DNA of 44,691 nt from a virus. Lineage: Duplodnaviria > Caudoviricetes. The stretch covers positions 1 to 44,691 of the IMG/VR virus record IMGVR_UViG_3300030493_000026. One strand, given 5' to 3'. The notes below the pieces were generated by a model, which was not told the DNA's origin, did no database searches, and saw only the letters and a program-made list of their open reading frames with translations. A program made the position numbers and the translations under genes. This document shows positions 1 through 10,025 of the stretch, piece by piece. The stretch's first letter is position 1; every line of letters starts with the position of its first letter.

Positions 1-1261
1 CATGGCTCAGGTTTTCCGCGCCGAATTGCAACACATAGCCGCTCTCGTTCTTGAGAGCCTGTAGCTGTGCCTCTGGTAGCGGCTGTCCCCATGTGGCGAT
101 GGTGCTTGATGTCGTGGTGGTGAACACAGCACCATCAACGGTTATCGTGTCGTTCGTGCCATCGTATTCTGCAATCTCGGTGATGTATCTGTTTGCCGCA
201 AGTCCGTTTGTCGTATACGAAGTGCCAATCTGCACCATCATGCCGACCTTGAAAAACGTGCTTCTGGTTTTCGCCATGATGAAGGTGTTCGCTGGACCCG
301 TGGCGACTGTACACACATTCAGCGCAGAGTAGGAATTTGACATTCCGTTGATGCCTTGACCGATGAGCGTTTTTACATCGTGACTGCCGATTTCCACGCA
401 CATAAGCCGTGTTACGAGTTCGAAAGCCTGAGAATCAATATTTGACCAGCCAGTGCCCTTGTTTGTCGCATCGATTTGGAAGCCAGTGGTCGCGTGGTAC
501 AAAGGATGGGTGTGCTTCGGCATGACCGCAGTTTTGCTAAACGGCTTTGTACTCACGTTGGACGTATGCACCGCACCGATGAGCCGATATCGGTTCACCG
601 AGCCATCTGGTTTGATGAAGCCAATCGGGAGATAGTCATCGAACGGTGCATCGGAAACCACCATGTACTCGTAGGTCGCATCCTCCCATTTCTTTGACCA
701 ACACGTAGGAATCATGACCATCGTGTCATTGTCCAGAGATGCCCAGTTCGCATCGCCGATGACCGAGAGGATGTTGCGCGAAGCATCCACCTTGACGGTT
801 TTCATGTCCTTCCACGGGAAGAGTGATGAGAAGTCGCTCAGTGTGCCGATGGTGTCTATTTGTCTGCGGAAGGTCTTGCCAACCGCATCGTAGAGCCGTT
901 CAAACGCGCCTGACGATTTGTTCATGCGTAGGCCGTAGCGGTGGATGCGGGAGTCCTCGAGGGCATTGAATCTATCATCCACTAATTTTTCACTTGGATA
1001 GTGCGCATCGTCTGGCGTTTCCTGCCATTCGGTGACAAGTCCTGCTGGTGAGATAAAATCACCTCCGGCAGTCCATGCGGTCAACGCAGTGTCGTAGTAG
1101 TACCACTTGTTGTCGGCGGTGACCACGTACACCCCGGTATGCGCGGGATCGTCAGTTTCCAACGCCACAAGTGTTTCGTACACTCCCTGTGGGCCGTAGG
1201 TGAGTGCGGTGGCTATGTTCTTCGCCTGTGTGGCGATTCCGAGAGATATCACGTCAAGCAT
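1..1261 (-). CDS. Mtd-like receptor-binding protein, allele A (3'-truncated by the window edge)
   Basis: ATG at 1261 (MLDVISLGIATQAK), colinear with 41677-42937. Runs off the window start. Confidence 0.85.
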   Translation of the reverse strand, partial: MLDVISLGIATQAKNIATALTYGPQGVYETLVALETDDPAHTGVYVVTADNKWYYYDTALTAWTAGGDFISPAGLVTEWQETPDDAHYPSEKLVDDRFNALEDSRIHRYGLRMNKSSGAFERLYDAVGKTFRRQIDTIGTLSDFSSLFPWKDMKTVKVDASRNILSVIGDANWASLDNDTMVMIPTCWSKKWEDATYEYMVVSDAPFDDYLPIGFIKPDGSVNRYRLIGAVHTSNVSTKPFSKTAVMPKHTHPLYHATTGFQIDATNKGTGWSNIDSQAFELVTRLMCVEIGSHDVKTLIGQGINGMSNSYSALNVCTVATGPANTFIMAKTRSTFFKVGMMVQIGTSYTTNGLAANRYITEIAEYDGTNDTITVDGAVFTTTTSSTIATWGQPLPEAQLQALKNESGYVLQFGAENLSH

Positions 1262-1270
1262 ATGCGCTCC

Positions 1271-1468
1271 TTATGCCAAAGCGGGGAAAGCCGCTTCTAT
1301 GATTTTCGTCCACCCAGCGGCAAGCAACAGATAGATGTCGCCCGTGTCGCCCTCCACGAACCGAGTCATGTTCGGTACATCGGTTGGTTTGTCCTCTGTT
1401 GATTCGCCCCAAATCTCCAATGGATCCATGATTGGATTTGCGTTGTTCAATGCTACTTTCGGTGTCAT
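1271..1468 (-). CDS. Small tail-region protein (65 aa), allele A
   Basis: GGAG RBS upstream; protein nearly identical to 42947-43144. Confidence 0.8.
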   Translation of the reverse strand: MTPKVALNNANPIMDPLEIWGESTEDKPTDVPNMTRFVEGDTGDIYLLLAAGWTKIIEAAFPALA

Positions 1469-1477
1469 ATGTTCCTC

Positions 1478-1897
1478 CTAGAATAAACTTCTGATATAGG
1501 TTTTCGCCTCGGCCTTGCCAGCGAAACATGCTACTACGATGTCCTGATTGTCCCCCAGGTACTGCACGGCCTTTGCCGACATCTCATCAACGGTCATGTG
1601 CTCGAAAAACGGTCGTGAAAGGTCGGGAAGTCCAGCGGATACATCACCAATGAGTTTATACCTCATAGTTGCGTACAGTTTTTTGCGGTATTGTGCTGGC
1701 GATAGCTGGCGTTCCTGATAGTCATGCAATACGTGTTCGGGGTGTGCGGTGCAATACGCTTTCACATCATCGATGTCGTACGCATTTTTAGGGTCGACTT
1801 CCTTGGAAACCACCTGATACCCTAAGCTTCTTTCATATGGGTCTGCGAACACCACATAGTCGTTGGTTCCGCGTATGATTACCGTTCCGTATGTCAT
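1478..1897 (-). CDS. Putative tail-fibre assembly chaperone, allele A
   Basis: Directly follows the fibre gene with ATGA overlap. C-terminal ~65 aa shared with 43154-43522; N-terminus unrelated. Confidence 0.6.
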   Translation of the reverse strand: MTYGTVIIRGTNDYVVFADPYERSLGYQVVSKEVDPKNAYDIDDVKAYCTAHPEHVLHDYQERQLSPAQYRKKLYATMRYKLIGDVSAGLPDLSRPFFEHMTVDEMSAKAVQYLGDNQDIVVACFAGKAEAKTYIRSLF

Positions 1898-3255
1898 GAT
1901 ACCCTCCTGATTACGATTCCATATTTATTGGTCGTGGCTTCTGAAATGGTTGTGTTTATGATTGTCGTTCCACCTGAATACAAACCACCAACAGCCCCTG
2001 CGAGACTTGATCCTGAAGCCACAATGTCATAAGTACCACCGCTTGGAGTTATCACCGTGAATGCATGGTTGTCTCCATCGGTATTCGTGTGCGATATGGA
2101 AACCATGCGCGTTTCGTTCACGTCCATTGCGGAAATGGTCGAGCTTCCATTTGTGGATTGGGAAAGTGTAAGTGCTTCACGTGAGTTTTTGTACAGCTTT
2201 AATGCCCCGTTTCCAGTATCCACTGTGACAAAGGTAACAGCGCTAGTGGTTTTCAACTCTTGGTCGGTCTTTGCAGCGATAGCGTCCGCAACGGTTTTTT
2301 TAGTTGCGATATCTGCATCGACACTTGGCTCCGCAACCTGCGCCCGTCCACTTGGGTCACGCACAATCAATCTGTCAGCGGTAGCCGCCGATACCGCGCC
2401 ATGGGGATTCACCACCGCGTTGTGTGCGGTAACTGTGCTTTTCAACGCCACATCGCCCTCGGCACTTGGTGCGGTGAATTTCGCGCGGCCTGAAGCATCG
2501 CGCGTGACCACCCTGTTTGCGGTCGCCGCATCGGTTCCTCCGAGTTGCAGGAAGTCCTGCACCGCCACTATGATAGCCGTGGTTGCTCCTGAAGGAATCA
2601 GCCCGATTGCCTTTTGGAACGCCTGTAAGTCTGCGGTAGCAAGAGCCTCCTTGATGAATGTGGCGATAGCTGAGGCCGTACCTGTCGGCAATAGTTCCAG
2701 ATGGAGTTGTGCGGTCAACTCGTTTGTAACAGCAAGCATGTTGGTCATATAGGTGGTGATAGGAAGGAATGGTGTCGCACTTGGTATTGCATCACCGTTT
2801 TCATCGAATCCAAGAGCCTTGTTCGCTCTGTCGGCTTTGTTTGGTAGCACCAAGCTTGCCGCATCGTCCGTGATGGGGATGGTTACGGTTCTGGCGATGC
2901 TCTCCGCGATCTGCTGAACATATCCTACTATGCGGTCGAACAGCGTTTCCAACACCTCAGCGTCCAGCATGGAGCCATTGGAGAAGTCCACATCGTTAAG
3001 GAATGCCGCTACCCGGGCAATGGTTATGCGTGTCGCATCAGCCGTCCATGTGCCGATTCTCGTCAGCGTTCCGGTCGTGCTGGGAATGGACAGCGAGTAG
3101 TCGGTATCCAACACAAGCACTTCTTCGGAACCGTCAGCGAAAGAAAGTGTCGCCACAATATCGGCGTAGGAAAAGTACGGGAACGGTATAACATACGATG
3201 CCGCCGGGGTGGTGGTTATGTCGTACTGCTTTACATTGGAGATGTCTGTGATCAC
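1894..3255 (-). CDS. Tail fibre protein with T7 gp17-like N-terminal anchor, allele A
   Basis: N-terminal IPFPYF...TDYSL...ITIAR...DFSNGSMLDAEVLETLFDRIVGYVQQI anchor pattern; two internal RD.SGRA...PS...D.A.K repeats; beta-rich C-terminal tip. Confidence 0.88.
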   Translation of the reverse strand: MITDISNVKQYDITTTPAASYVIPFPYFSYADIVATLSFADGSEEVLVLDTDYSLSIPSTTGTLTRIGTWTADATRITIARVAAFLNDVDFSNGSMLDAEVLETLFDRIVGYVQQIAESIARTVTIPITDDAASLVLPNKADRANKALGFDENGDAIPSATPFLPITTYMTNMLAVTNELTAQLHLELLPTGTASAIATFIKEALATADLQAFQKAIGLIPSGATTAIIVAVQDFLQLGGTDAATANRVVTRDASGRAKFTAPSAEGDVALKSTVTAHNAVVNPHGAVSAATADRLIVRDPSGRAQVAEPSVDADIATKKTVADAIAAKTDQELKTTSAVTFVTVDTGNGALKLYKNSREALTLSQSTNGSSTISAMDVNETRMVSISHTNTDGDNHAFTVITPSGGTYDIVASGSSLAGAVGGLYSGGTTIINTTISEATTNKYGIVIRRVS

Positions 3256-6200
3256 TCTATCCTCCCAAGTAGGGCCTCTGCCCCTTCATCGAACGCGCGG
3301 AATATCTGTTTGGTTCCCGAAACGGGAAGCCCTGTCGCATAGCCAAATCCTTCCGAAAGGTTCTTCACCGCCGATGTCCAGTTCGCCTGTGTCAAGTCTA
3401 TCACACCTTTCATCAGTTCGGTAGTGGCAGGATAAAAAGATGATGGATATACGTATGGCTTATCACCTGTGATAAGGCTTTCCGCAACATTATTGGTCAA
3501 TGAGCCGATAAGCGGAACCGAGTCGGTGAACTGGGTGAAGCTATAGTACAGCATTTTTTTTATCTTGTCCGCGTCCTCATCGTCATCATCGAATCCCTGC
3601 GCTACCGCACCAAGTATCGCGCCTGCCATGACATACCCAACCACCTGCCCGATAAGCTTTGCGTACTGCTTTTGCTTGGCGAACAGATTCATGTCAAATG
3701 TGGTGTTCTGCCAGATGATGTTCAGTGCGGCTTGGAACTGCGTAAGGATCTTCATGCCTTCACCACCACTTTTGAATAGCGGTGCTAGTTCTTCCGCACG
3801 TCCTGAAGGCTGTGTTCTGAGTACCGCATCGTCAGCGGCCTTTACGGAAGCTTTCACCGCCTCGACTGTAGCAGTGTCGTACTTCTTGAGGTTCTTACGG
3901 AACACTGCCAGCCAACCACCTGCGACAGCCCATTTATCGGCAAGCACCAAGCCTGTCATGCCAAGCTCCTGGAATTTCCTGAACGCCTGCATTTTCGCTC
4001 CGCTGTACTTCGCCTGCTCGTCCTTAAGCAATTGCACAATCGGGTCCATCGTCCGTTCTTTCATAACAATCGAAAGCTCGTTCACATGGTTTATGACTTC
4101 CATCGGATGGGTGGTGATATCAAAATACGCTTTTGCAAGCTCGATAGGATTTACTTCTGATAAAAATGGCATAGGGGACGTAATCAGCTGTAGAATGATA
4201 TTCGATGTTTTCCATGTAAGATACGCGGCCCCCAAGTTTCCGCGCAAGGTTTTGATAAGCTTGCCGTTGCGATCAAGACGCTTGAATGAGTTTGGGTTTA
4301 CATATTCGTTGATAGCATCGTCTATATCGTCAAGCAACGCATTCCCGAAAGTACCTACGATGGTGGAGCGCATTGAAGCCGAGTTCGGGCCTTTGAACAC
4401 GCGGTTCATCTCGCGTCCGAGTTCCGCGTAGGCTATGAAATGCTCCTGCATCTCCACCGCTTCCTGCCATGTGCCAAGCAAATCCAGCTTCATCGGTTTT
4501 TGGTGGCGTGGAGCTATGTTCACGCGCTCCTTGGTTATGCCACGCTCTATTCCGGTAGGCATTGCTCCCGCGTTCATGTTCAGGATATCGTCAGCGACAG
4601 CGGCGGCCAAATCATCGCCTGTCATCTCCATGCGTCTGATAGGCACATAGTTGTCGACACGGCTCACTGGCATGTTAAATTCTCGGATGGACACGGTGTT
4701 CAGCCTGTCGAAGTTGCTTGAGAAGTCATTGTCTATCGCGTCCATAACCAAGCGCATCTCTTTGCTTAATTCACGCTCTGCGACCTCTAGAACTTCCGCT
4801 AGGCGATTATCTCCTGTTTCCCGTATCTCTCCATCGGTGAGCGTTTCTTTTTCAATTGGCGACACAAGGTTCCCGTATGCAAGAGCAGCACGTGATTGGT
4901 CGTTTTTCGCTCCCATATAGAACATGGCAAGGTCGCTTCTGGTGTATGTACTATCACCGACTTGCACTTGCTTGTATGCATCGTCAAATTCGATGCCACT
5001 GTTTTTCATGGACTGCATGACCGCCTCGTATCTGCGGTTCACGTTGGTTTTCTCCATGCGGTATGCGTCACGCGGTCGGTCAACGAGCAAGTCATACGCC
5101 ATGCCTTTTTTCATATTGTCCAGCATCTGCGCCTTGCGTTCGATGTTCCATGTGGCGTACAGCATGGAACGGGATTTCTCCAATAGTCCACGCTTGCGCT
5201 TTACGTCCTCCACGGTTCCGGTCGGTGGGGGCTGGATAAACTTTCCAGTTGCTCTGAGAGTGGACTCAATACTGGAACGCATGGAATTAGCCAATTCACT
5301 CTGAAACACGCTACGAGCCTGCTGAATCAATCTTCCGGTCTTTCTGAGTGTAGCGACACGGGAAGCGATTTCCTCTAGCTCTGCGACTGTTATTTCGTTT
5401 AGCGAACGCTTGGAAAGTCTATCGGCGATCCGTGCTGGCAATGTCTGCGAAATGTCATAGTCACCTACAGTTTCCACAATAGCCTTGATATCATCCAACT
5501 GTACCAGCTTGTCGCCGTACTTCACTTTCCCTGTCCTGAACTTCGGGTCAAGAGTCGCTTGAATAGCCAAAATGGGAAGCTTGTACTTGTAGTCCACAGC
5601 TTGTGACACAGGTGACATTATCTTGGATGCAAGCTTGGTCTTGTACTCACGTACCTTCCGTGCATCGTACAACGCCTTCTGCTTTTCCTTCAGCGTGTCG
5701 GTGGCTTTATTGACCGCCTCGCGCTTCTTTTCTGCCGAGATGGTGCGATTAGACTTGGATAGCTGGTTAAACTCAGCCATGAGCGTTTTTACCTGCTCTG
5801 AGAGCGATTTGCGCTCGTCTATGAGGGTCTTGGATACTTCCTGATTCTTAGCGATTCGCTTCTGGATATTCTTCTGCGCCTTGGTCAACGCCTTACGTGC
5901 ATCGTCTATCTGCTCCTGTAGGTCGATGCCTCGGCGGTCTGATTCGGACAAAGATATACGCGCTTCCTTGTACTCGGCTTGGAGTTTGGCTATCTCTTCC
6001 TTGGTCTGTTTTATCTCGGTGTCCATCTGGCGCACAATCTTCTCAGCGTCACCATCGAACAGTTCCTCACCCGACAACAGCTTTTCCTTCAAAGCTTTCG
6101 CCTCTATGCGCTCTGAGAGCCGGATGCGGTCTGCGATGGAGATACGCTCAACAGCCTCAAACTCAGGTTCGGTGATGGATGGCAGGAACTCGTCAAGCAC

Positions 6201-9200
6201 GATAGGCTTCATCTCAGGATTTGACATGACATCGGCGTACAGGTCACGGTAAAGCCTTGAGGCGTTGGCGATGGTGGTGCGTATCTTTTTCAACTCGGTC
6301 GGTTTCAGAGTTTTGGAGATTGAGCCGATGGCGTTGGATACGATGGTCGGGGAAGCCTTCTGGATGCGGAACTTCAAATCAGCCATGCGCTCGTTGTAGT
6401 CGGCCATATCCTGATCGTCAGGAGCCTCCACGCGCTCGGTCAGGATTCGCCCCATTTCCTTGAGGAATGGCAACAGCCCATCGGAGTTCATGCTCTGCAC
6501 AAAACGGTCGTCCATCAGCTCATCATTGCCCTGTGGGTTTGCTTGCTCCCATGTATTGCGATACCAATCATCGTCCATGTCGGGAACTTCGCCGTACATC
6601 GCCTCTAGGAATGAGCTGTATCCGTCTTTGAAGTCCTCCCATGTGGAGAATTGGGAAGCTTCGGTGATGATGTCGTCTTGGAAAAGGATGCTATTCTCGA
6701 TGGTTATTTTGTTCTCATCGAACACTACGTAGTTGTATCCCTTTGAACCATCACCTGTTCCGTGAGATACTGCTGGATAACGATTACCATCAATTCCGGC
6801 ATTCATTAAAAATATTGAGGCTTTTTTTCCGCTTTGGTCATTAGTAATATCTGCAAGGTCTGCATAAAGCATTGCACCATTGGATTTGTTAAGTATGCTG
6901 TCCACAAGTTCTGATATATCGCTAACTCCATATGTTTCGTACTCACTTTTTGGATAAGTAAGCGTTTTCATAGGTTCTCTAAGCTTATTCTTAACCTCTT
7001 CTGATAACGGCTTATTCCAATCCATGAATAAATCTTCGCGATCTTTATTAATGGACACGTTGTAGAGATTCCTGTTGGAATATATTTCTATTCCATTCCT
7101 GTCAAAATATTCTTTCATCTGCGGTGTTAATAATTCAAGACCAGAAAGATAACCTCTCAACGCGGTTTCCACTTCATCAACAGCTTCATATTTTGCGTAG
7201 TTAGCTATTTCTTCATCAAGATACTTTATAAATTCTTTTGTATTTGATTTGCTGGATAAATCGCTGTCAAAATCAGACCGTGCTTCATCTTCGCTTTCAG
7301 CTCTTGCAAGGTACTCATCTTTACTTAATTTAAGTATGCCCCACAAATCATGGTTATCGTTTTCCCATACGTTGCTGAAAAGGCTTTCCCATGCTGAATC
7401 GTAATAGCGTTCTTTAGCTAAATCAATAGCCATATCATTAATTAGTGTTTGACGCTGTTCATCAGATAATTCTGTTCCGTCCTTTCTAAGAGTTGGTCTA
7501 GCGTATTCTGTGGCATACCATCGCGCAACTTCCTCTAGATCGGTAAAATATAAACCCCACCCATAAGCCTGCTGTCCTTCGCCTGTTCCAATATGTTCGG
7601 TGGAGAATCTATCGAACGTGTAAGGGCTTCCGTGATACGCGTCTGTTTGGAATATGGTGGCGCTTGTCGTCAACTCCTGCTGTTGCGCCTGCCGTGCCTC
7701 TTGCGCCAATGGGCTGTCGCTGTCGATAAGGGAATCAAAAACTTCGCGGATTCTGCTGTCGAGCTGTACGCGCCCTGTCAGCCCTCGGTAGATTTTCCCA
7801 AACCATTGCGCGAACTTCTCAAAAAACGCCTCTAGCTTGGAAGTCGGTGCTTTGCCTTCCTTGAGGTACAGCTCCCATAACTGCGCGGATAGTTCTTCCT
7901 GCGCTCGCGTCCATTCCTTACCAAAGGACGCTACAATCGCCGTAGCCTGCTTTGGTGAGAGTTTCAACAGCTTTTGGTTCTGCTGTACGTACTGCGCGAA
8001 CTCCTTGCTCTTGGAGGCTTCTGTGAGGGCTGAGGCCAATTTATCGGACTGTGACATCTCGCGCCGGAACAGGTGGAACGCCTCGTGGGTAAATGTGGAG
8101 AAGTCTGCGTTTTTGCCTGCGTAGATGAGGGCTTTTACACCTTGCTCTGTCTGCTTAAATTCGATACCACCACGCTTGCCTTTGATGGTTCCCCCAAACA
8201 CCTCGTTACCGAATTGAGCGTCCATGTACTGCTCAAGTGTCTGCCCCTTGGCGTTTGCCCTCATATCCAACAGCAATGAGGCGGCGATGCGCTGGGGAGC
8301 GTCCAGTTTCGGCATGGCCTTGGCTATCTGCGATTCGAGCTTCATACGTGCGTCCACGCTTTCCACACGACCAGCTTGGAACGGATTCAGTGAGCCTTGC
8401 TCGGTGATGATCGCTTCCTTCACCGCCATGAGGTTATCTGTTTCCGGATTCCAGGTAATCTCCACCCCGGGGTTCTGCCGTGCCAATTCCAGCACCGCGT
8501 CTTTTGCGGAAGTCTGGTAATCCGTGCCGAACCGCACTTCGTCTATGTCTATTGTGTTGTCTTTGAATGTGTAGGTGATGTTTCCGTATCTGTCGCCTGT
8601 GAGTGGATCTCCGATAAGCAAGGAACGCGCCTCGCTTCCGTCTGGTAAAATGTCGACCTCGGTTGATTCCCTTGCGTACAGCCTACCCGATGATAGCTTG
8701 CGGATATCGCCTGTGGCCTCGGAAGTGATGTCGATTTCCTTGACTGCCTGTTCCTCTGCTGGACGGTTTTCTTTCCAAAGCTGCGAGATGGTTTCCTTCC
8801 ATTCCTCTTGGTTCATTCCTTCCGGCATGGCCTCGCTGTACTTCTCGGAAAACGCCTCCTTGCTCTCCATGGTCTGCGCGTCTGATTTAATGGCTCCCAT
8901 GGTACGTGCATCGCTGATAGTGTGCATAGCGGTTCCAGCACCACCAAGGATAAGACCTGCAAGAAAGCCTCCCTTCGCTGAAAGCATCGCTTCCTTGACT
9001 ACTGACATGGTTCTTTCAGGTGCTTGCACATCGGCTAGCTCGGCGGCGGCGATATCAGCTACCCAACTGGAAATGCTCTGCGCGGCTTCTTCGGCTCCTT
9101 CCTCAAGTGCTTGTCCAGTGAGGTTGGCAACGAATGCACCAGCCGCACCCCACTTTCCGCTGATCGCAAGCTTTGCCAATACTTTTGAAGTAAGCGTGTT

Positions 9201-10025
9201 GGTCGATAGTCCGAACTTGGAAGCGACCGTACCTAAGGATATCTCGATTCCAGCCTGTACCCAAGATGAGATATTAGACACCGCGAGTGCTTTGTCCACG
9301 GGAACGCCATTCTTGCGCAGACGGTAGTATTCACCACCCTCCATGGTCTTGAACGCTTCCTCGAATGAGAACGCTGTACCTGCGGCTGTGGCAACCGCTA
9401 TGATGGAAGTGGCGATTGATACAGGCAATGCCCCTGCTGTTGCGACTCCTGCAAGCGCGGCGACTCCTGCGGCTCCGAGTCCTGCCAGCATTCCCTTGGA
9501 TGCTCCCTTAAGCGCGATATTCAAGGTGTATGGCAATGACTCCGCACCGAACTTGATAGCCTGTGTCACAAGGCTTCGCGGCGTGCTGTCACCGAGTTGC
9601 GCCATGGTCTGCTCGTACTGCTGGATTTGCGCCTCTATCGCGCTCGTGTCCTGTCCTGCAAGCTCGGCGTACTTGAACTGCCGTTGCGCCTCGGCTATGA
9701 CAGGTTGAAGCTTTCCAATCTCGATGGAGTCAACTATTGACTTCCATGTGGTCTTGGTGGGGGTGAACACCTTTCCTGTCTGCCACTGGGTAAGCTCGTC
9801 AAGCCTCACCATGGCGTTTTCCATGCTCAAGCCGTATTCCTTGCTGAAACGCAACGCGGAAGCGTACCTATAGGGTTCTTCCTCTGGATTCGATTGGATG
9901 GCATTGGATATCGGCCCGTACTCGGATTCTGTGACTGGCATGGAATAATCCCATGCTACGTTCATATTCGGGGCTGCTAGCTTCTGTGGCTCGGCTGGGT
10001 TCAGTGTCGCGCTTGGCAAGGTCAA
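3252..10025 (-). CDS. Large internal virion/DNA-ejection polyvalent protein (2257 aa) with an ART-like inserted domain
   Basis: Lies after the tail tubes and smaller core proteins. Gly/Ala hydrophobic N-terminal part, STFTHEAFH metallopeptidase-like motif, YHGSP..FDRF...GLYFTD...NYVVFD domain. Confidence 0.8.
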   Translation of the reverse strand: MTLPSATLNPAEPQKLAAPNMNVAWDYSMPVTESEYGPISNAIQSNPEEEPYRYASALRFSKEYGLSMENAMVRLDELTQWQTGKVFTPTKTTWKSIVDSIEIGKLQPVIAEAQRQFKYAELAGQDTSAIEAQIQQYEQTMAQLGDSTPRSLVTQAIKFGAESLPYTLNIALKGASKGMLAGLGAAGVAALAGVATAGALPVSIATSIIAVATAAGTAFSFEEAFKTMEGGEYYRLRKNGVPVDKALAVSNISSWVQAGIEISLGTVASKFGLSTNTLTSKVLAKLAISGKWGAAGAFVANLTGQALEEGAEEAAQSISSWVADIAAAELADVQAPERTMSVVKEAMLSAKGGFLAGLILGGAGTAMHTISDARTMGAIKSDAQTMESKEAFSEKYSEAMPEGMNQEEWKETISQLWKENRPAEEQAVKEIDITSEATGDIRKLSSGRLYARESTEVDILPDGSEARSLLIGDPLTGDRYGNITYTFKDNTIDIDEVRFGTDYQTSAKDAVLELARQNPGVEITWNPETDNLMAVKEAIITEQGSLNPFQAGRVESVDARMKLESQIAKAMPKLDAPQRIAASLLLDMRANAKGQTLEQYMDAQFGNEVFGGTIKGKRGGIEFKQTEQGVKALIYAGKNADFSTFTHEAFHLFRREMSQSDKLASALTEASKSKEFAQYVQQNQKLLKLSPKQATAIVASFGKEWTRAQEELSAQLWELYLKEGKAPTSKLEAFFEKFAQWFGKIYRGLTGRVQLDSRIREVFDSLIDSDSPLAQEARQAQQQELTTSATIFQTDAYHGSPYTFDRFSTEHIGTGEGQQAYGWGLYFTDLEEVARWYATEYARPTLRKDGTELSDEQRQTLINDMAIDLAKERYYDSAWESLFSNVWENDNHDLWGILKLSKDEYLARAESEDEARSDFDSDLSSKSNTKEFIKYLDEEIANYAKYEAVDEVETALRGYLSGLELLTPQMKEYFDRNGIEIYSNRNLYNVSINKDREDLFMDWNKPLSEEVKNKLREPMKTLTYPKSEYETYGVSDISELVDSILNKSNGAMLYADLADITNDQSGKKASIFLMNAGIDGNRYPAVSHGTGDGSKGYNYVVFDENKITIENSILFQDDIITEASQFSTWEDFKDGYSSFLEAMYGEVPDMDDDWYRNTWEQANPQGNDELMDDRFVQSMNSDGLLPFLKEMGRILTERVEAPDDQDMADYNERMADLKFRIQKASPTIVSNAIGSISKTLKPTELKKIRTTIANASRLYRDLYADVMSNPEMKPIVLDEFLPSITEPEFEAVERISIADRIRLSERIEAKALKEKLLSGEELFDGDAEKIVRQMDTEIKQTKEEIAKLQAEYKEARISLSESDRRGIDLQEQIDDARKALTKAQKNIQKRIAKNQEVSKTLIDERKSLSEQVKTLMAEFNQLSKSNRTISAEKKREAVNKATDTLKEKQKALYDARKVREYKTKLASKIMSPVSQAVDYKYKLPILAIQATLDPKFRTGKVKYGDKLVQLDDIKAIVETVGDYDISQTLPARIADRLSKRSLNEITVAELEEIASRVATLRKTGRLIQQARSVFQSELANSMRSSIESTLRATGKFIQPPPTGTVEDVKRKRGLLEKSRSMLYATWNIERKAQMLDNMKKGMAYDLLVDRPRDAYRMEKTNVNRRYEAVMQSMKNSGIEFDDAYKQVQVGDSTYTRSDLAMFYMGAKNDQSRAALAYGNLVSPIEKETLTDGEIRETGDNRLAEVLEVAERELSKEMRLVMDAIDNDFSSNFDRLNTVSIREFNMPVSRVDNYVPIRRMEMTGDDLAAAVADDILNMNAGAMPTGIERGITKERVNIAPRHQKPMKLDLLGTWQEAVEMQEHFIAYAELGREMNRVFKGPNSASMRSTIVGTFGNALLDDIDDAINEYVNPNSFKRLDRNGKLIKTLRGNLGAAYLTWKTSNIILQLITSPMPFLSEVNPIELAKAYFDITTHPMEVINHVNELSIVMKERTMDPIVQLLKDEQAKYSGAKMQAFRKFQELGMTGLVLADKWAVAGGWLAVFRKNLKKYDTATVEAVKASVKAADDAVLRTQPSGRAEELAPLFKSGGEGMKILTQFQAALNIIWQNTTFDMNLFAKQKQYAKLIGQVVGYVMAGAILGAVAQGFDDDDEDADKIKKMLYYSFTQFTDSVPLIGSLTNNVAESLITGDKPYVYPSSFYPATTELMKGVIDLTQANWTSAVKNLSEGFGYATGLPVSGTKQIFRAFDEGAEALLGRIE

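Larger units (their letters stand above)
1..3007. repeat. Copy A of a ~3 kb diverged direct repeat (copy B = 41677-44691)
   Basis: 1-127 is identical to 41677-41803 and 2909-3007 is identical to 44593-44691. The interior is colinear with many substitutions and one non-homologous block. Confidence 0.97.

Noticed and set aside
1-3007. True direct terminal repeats, or an invertase shufflon
   Set aside because: The copies are diverged, cut mid-gene and in direct orientation. No recombinase or inverted crossover sites were seen.
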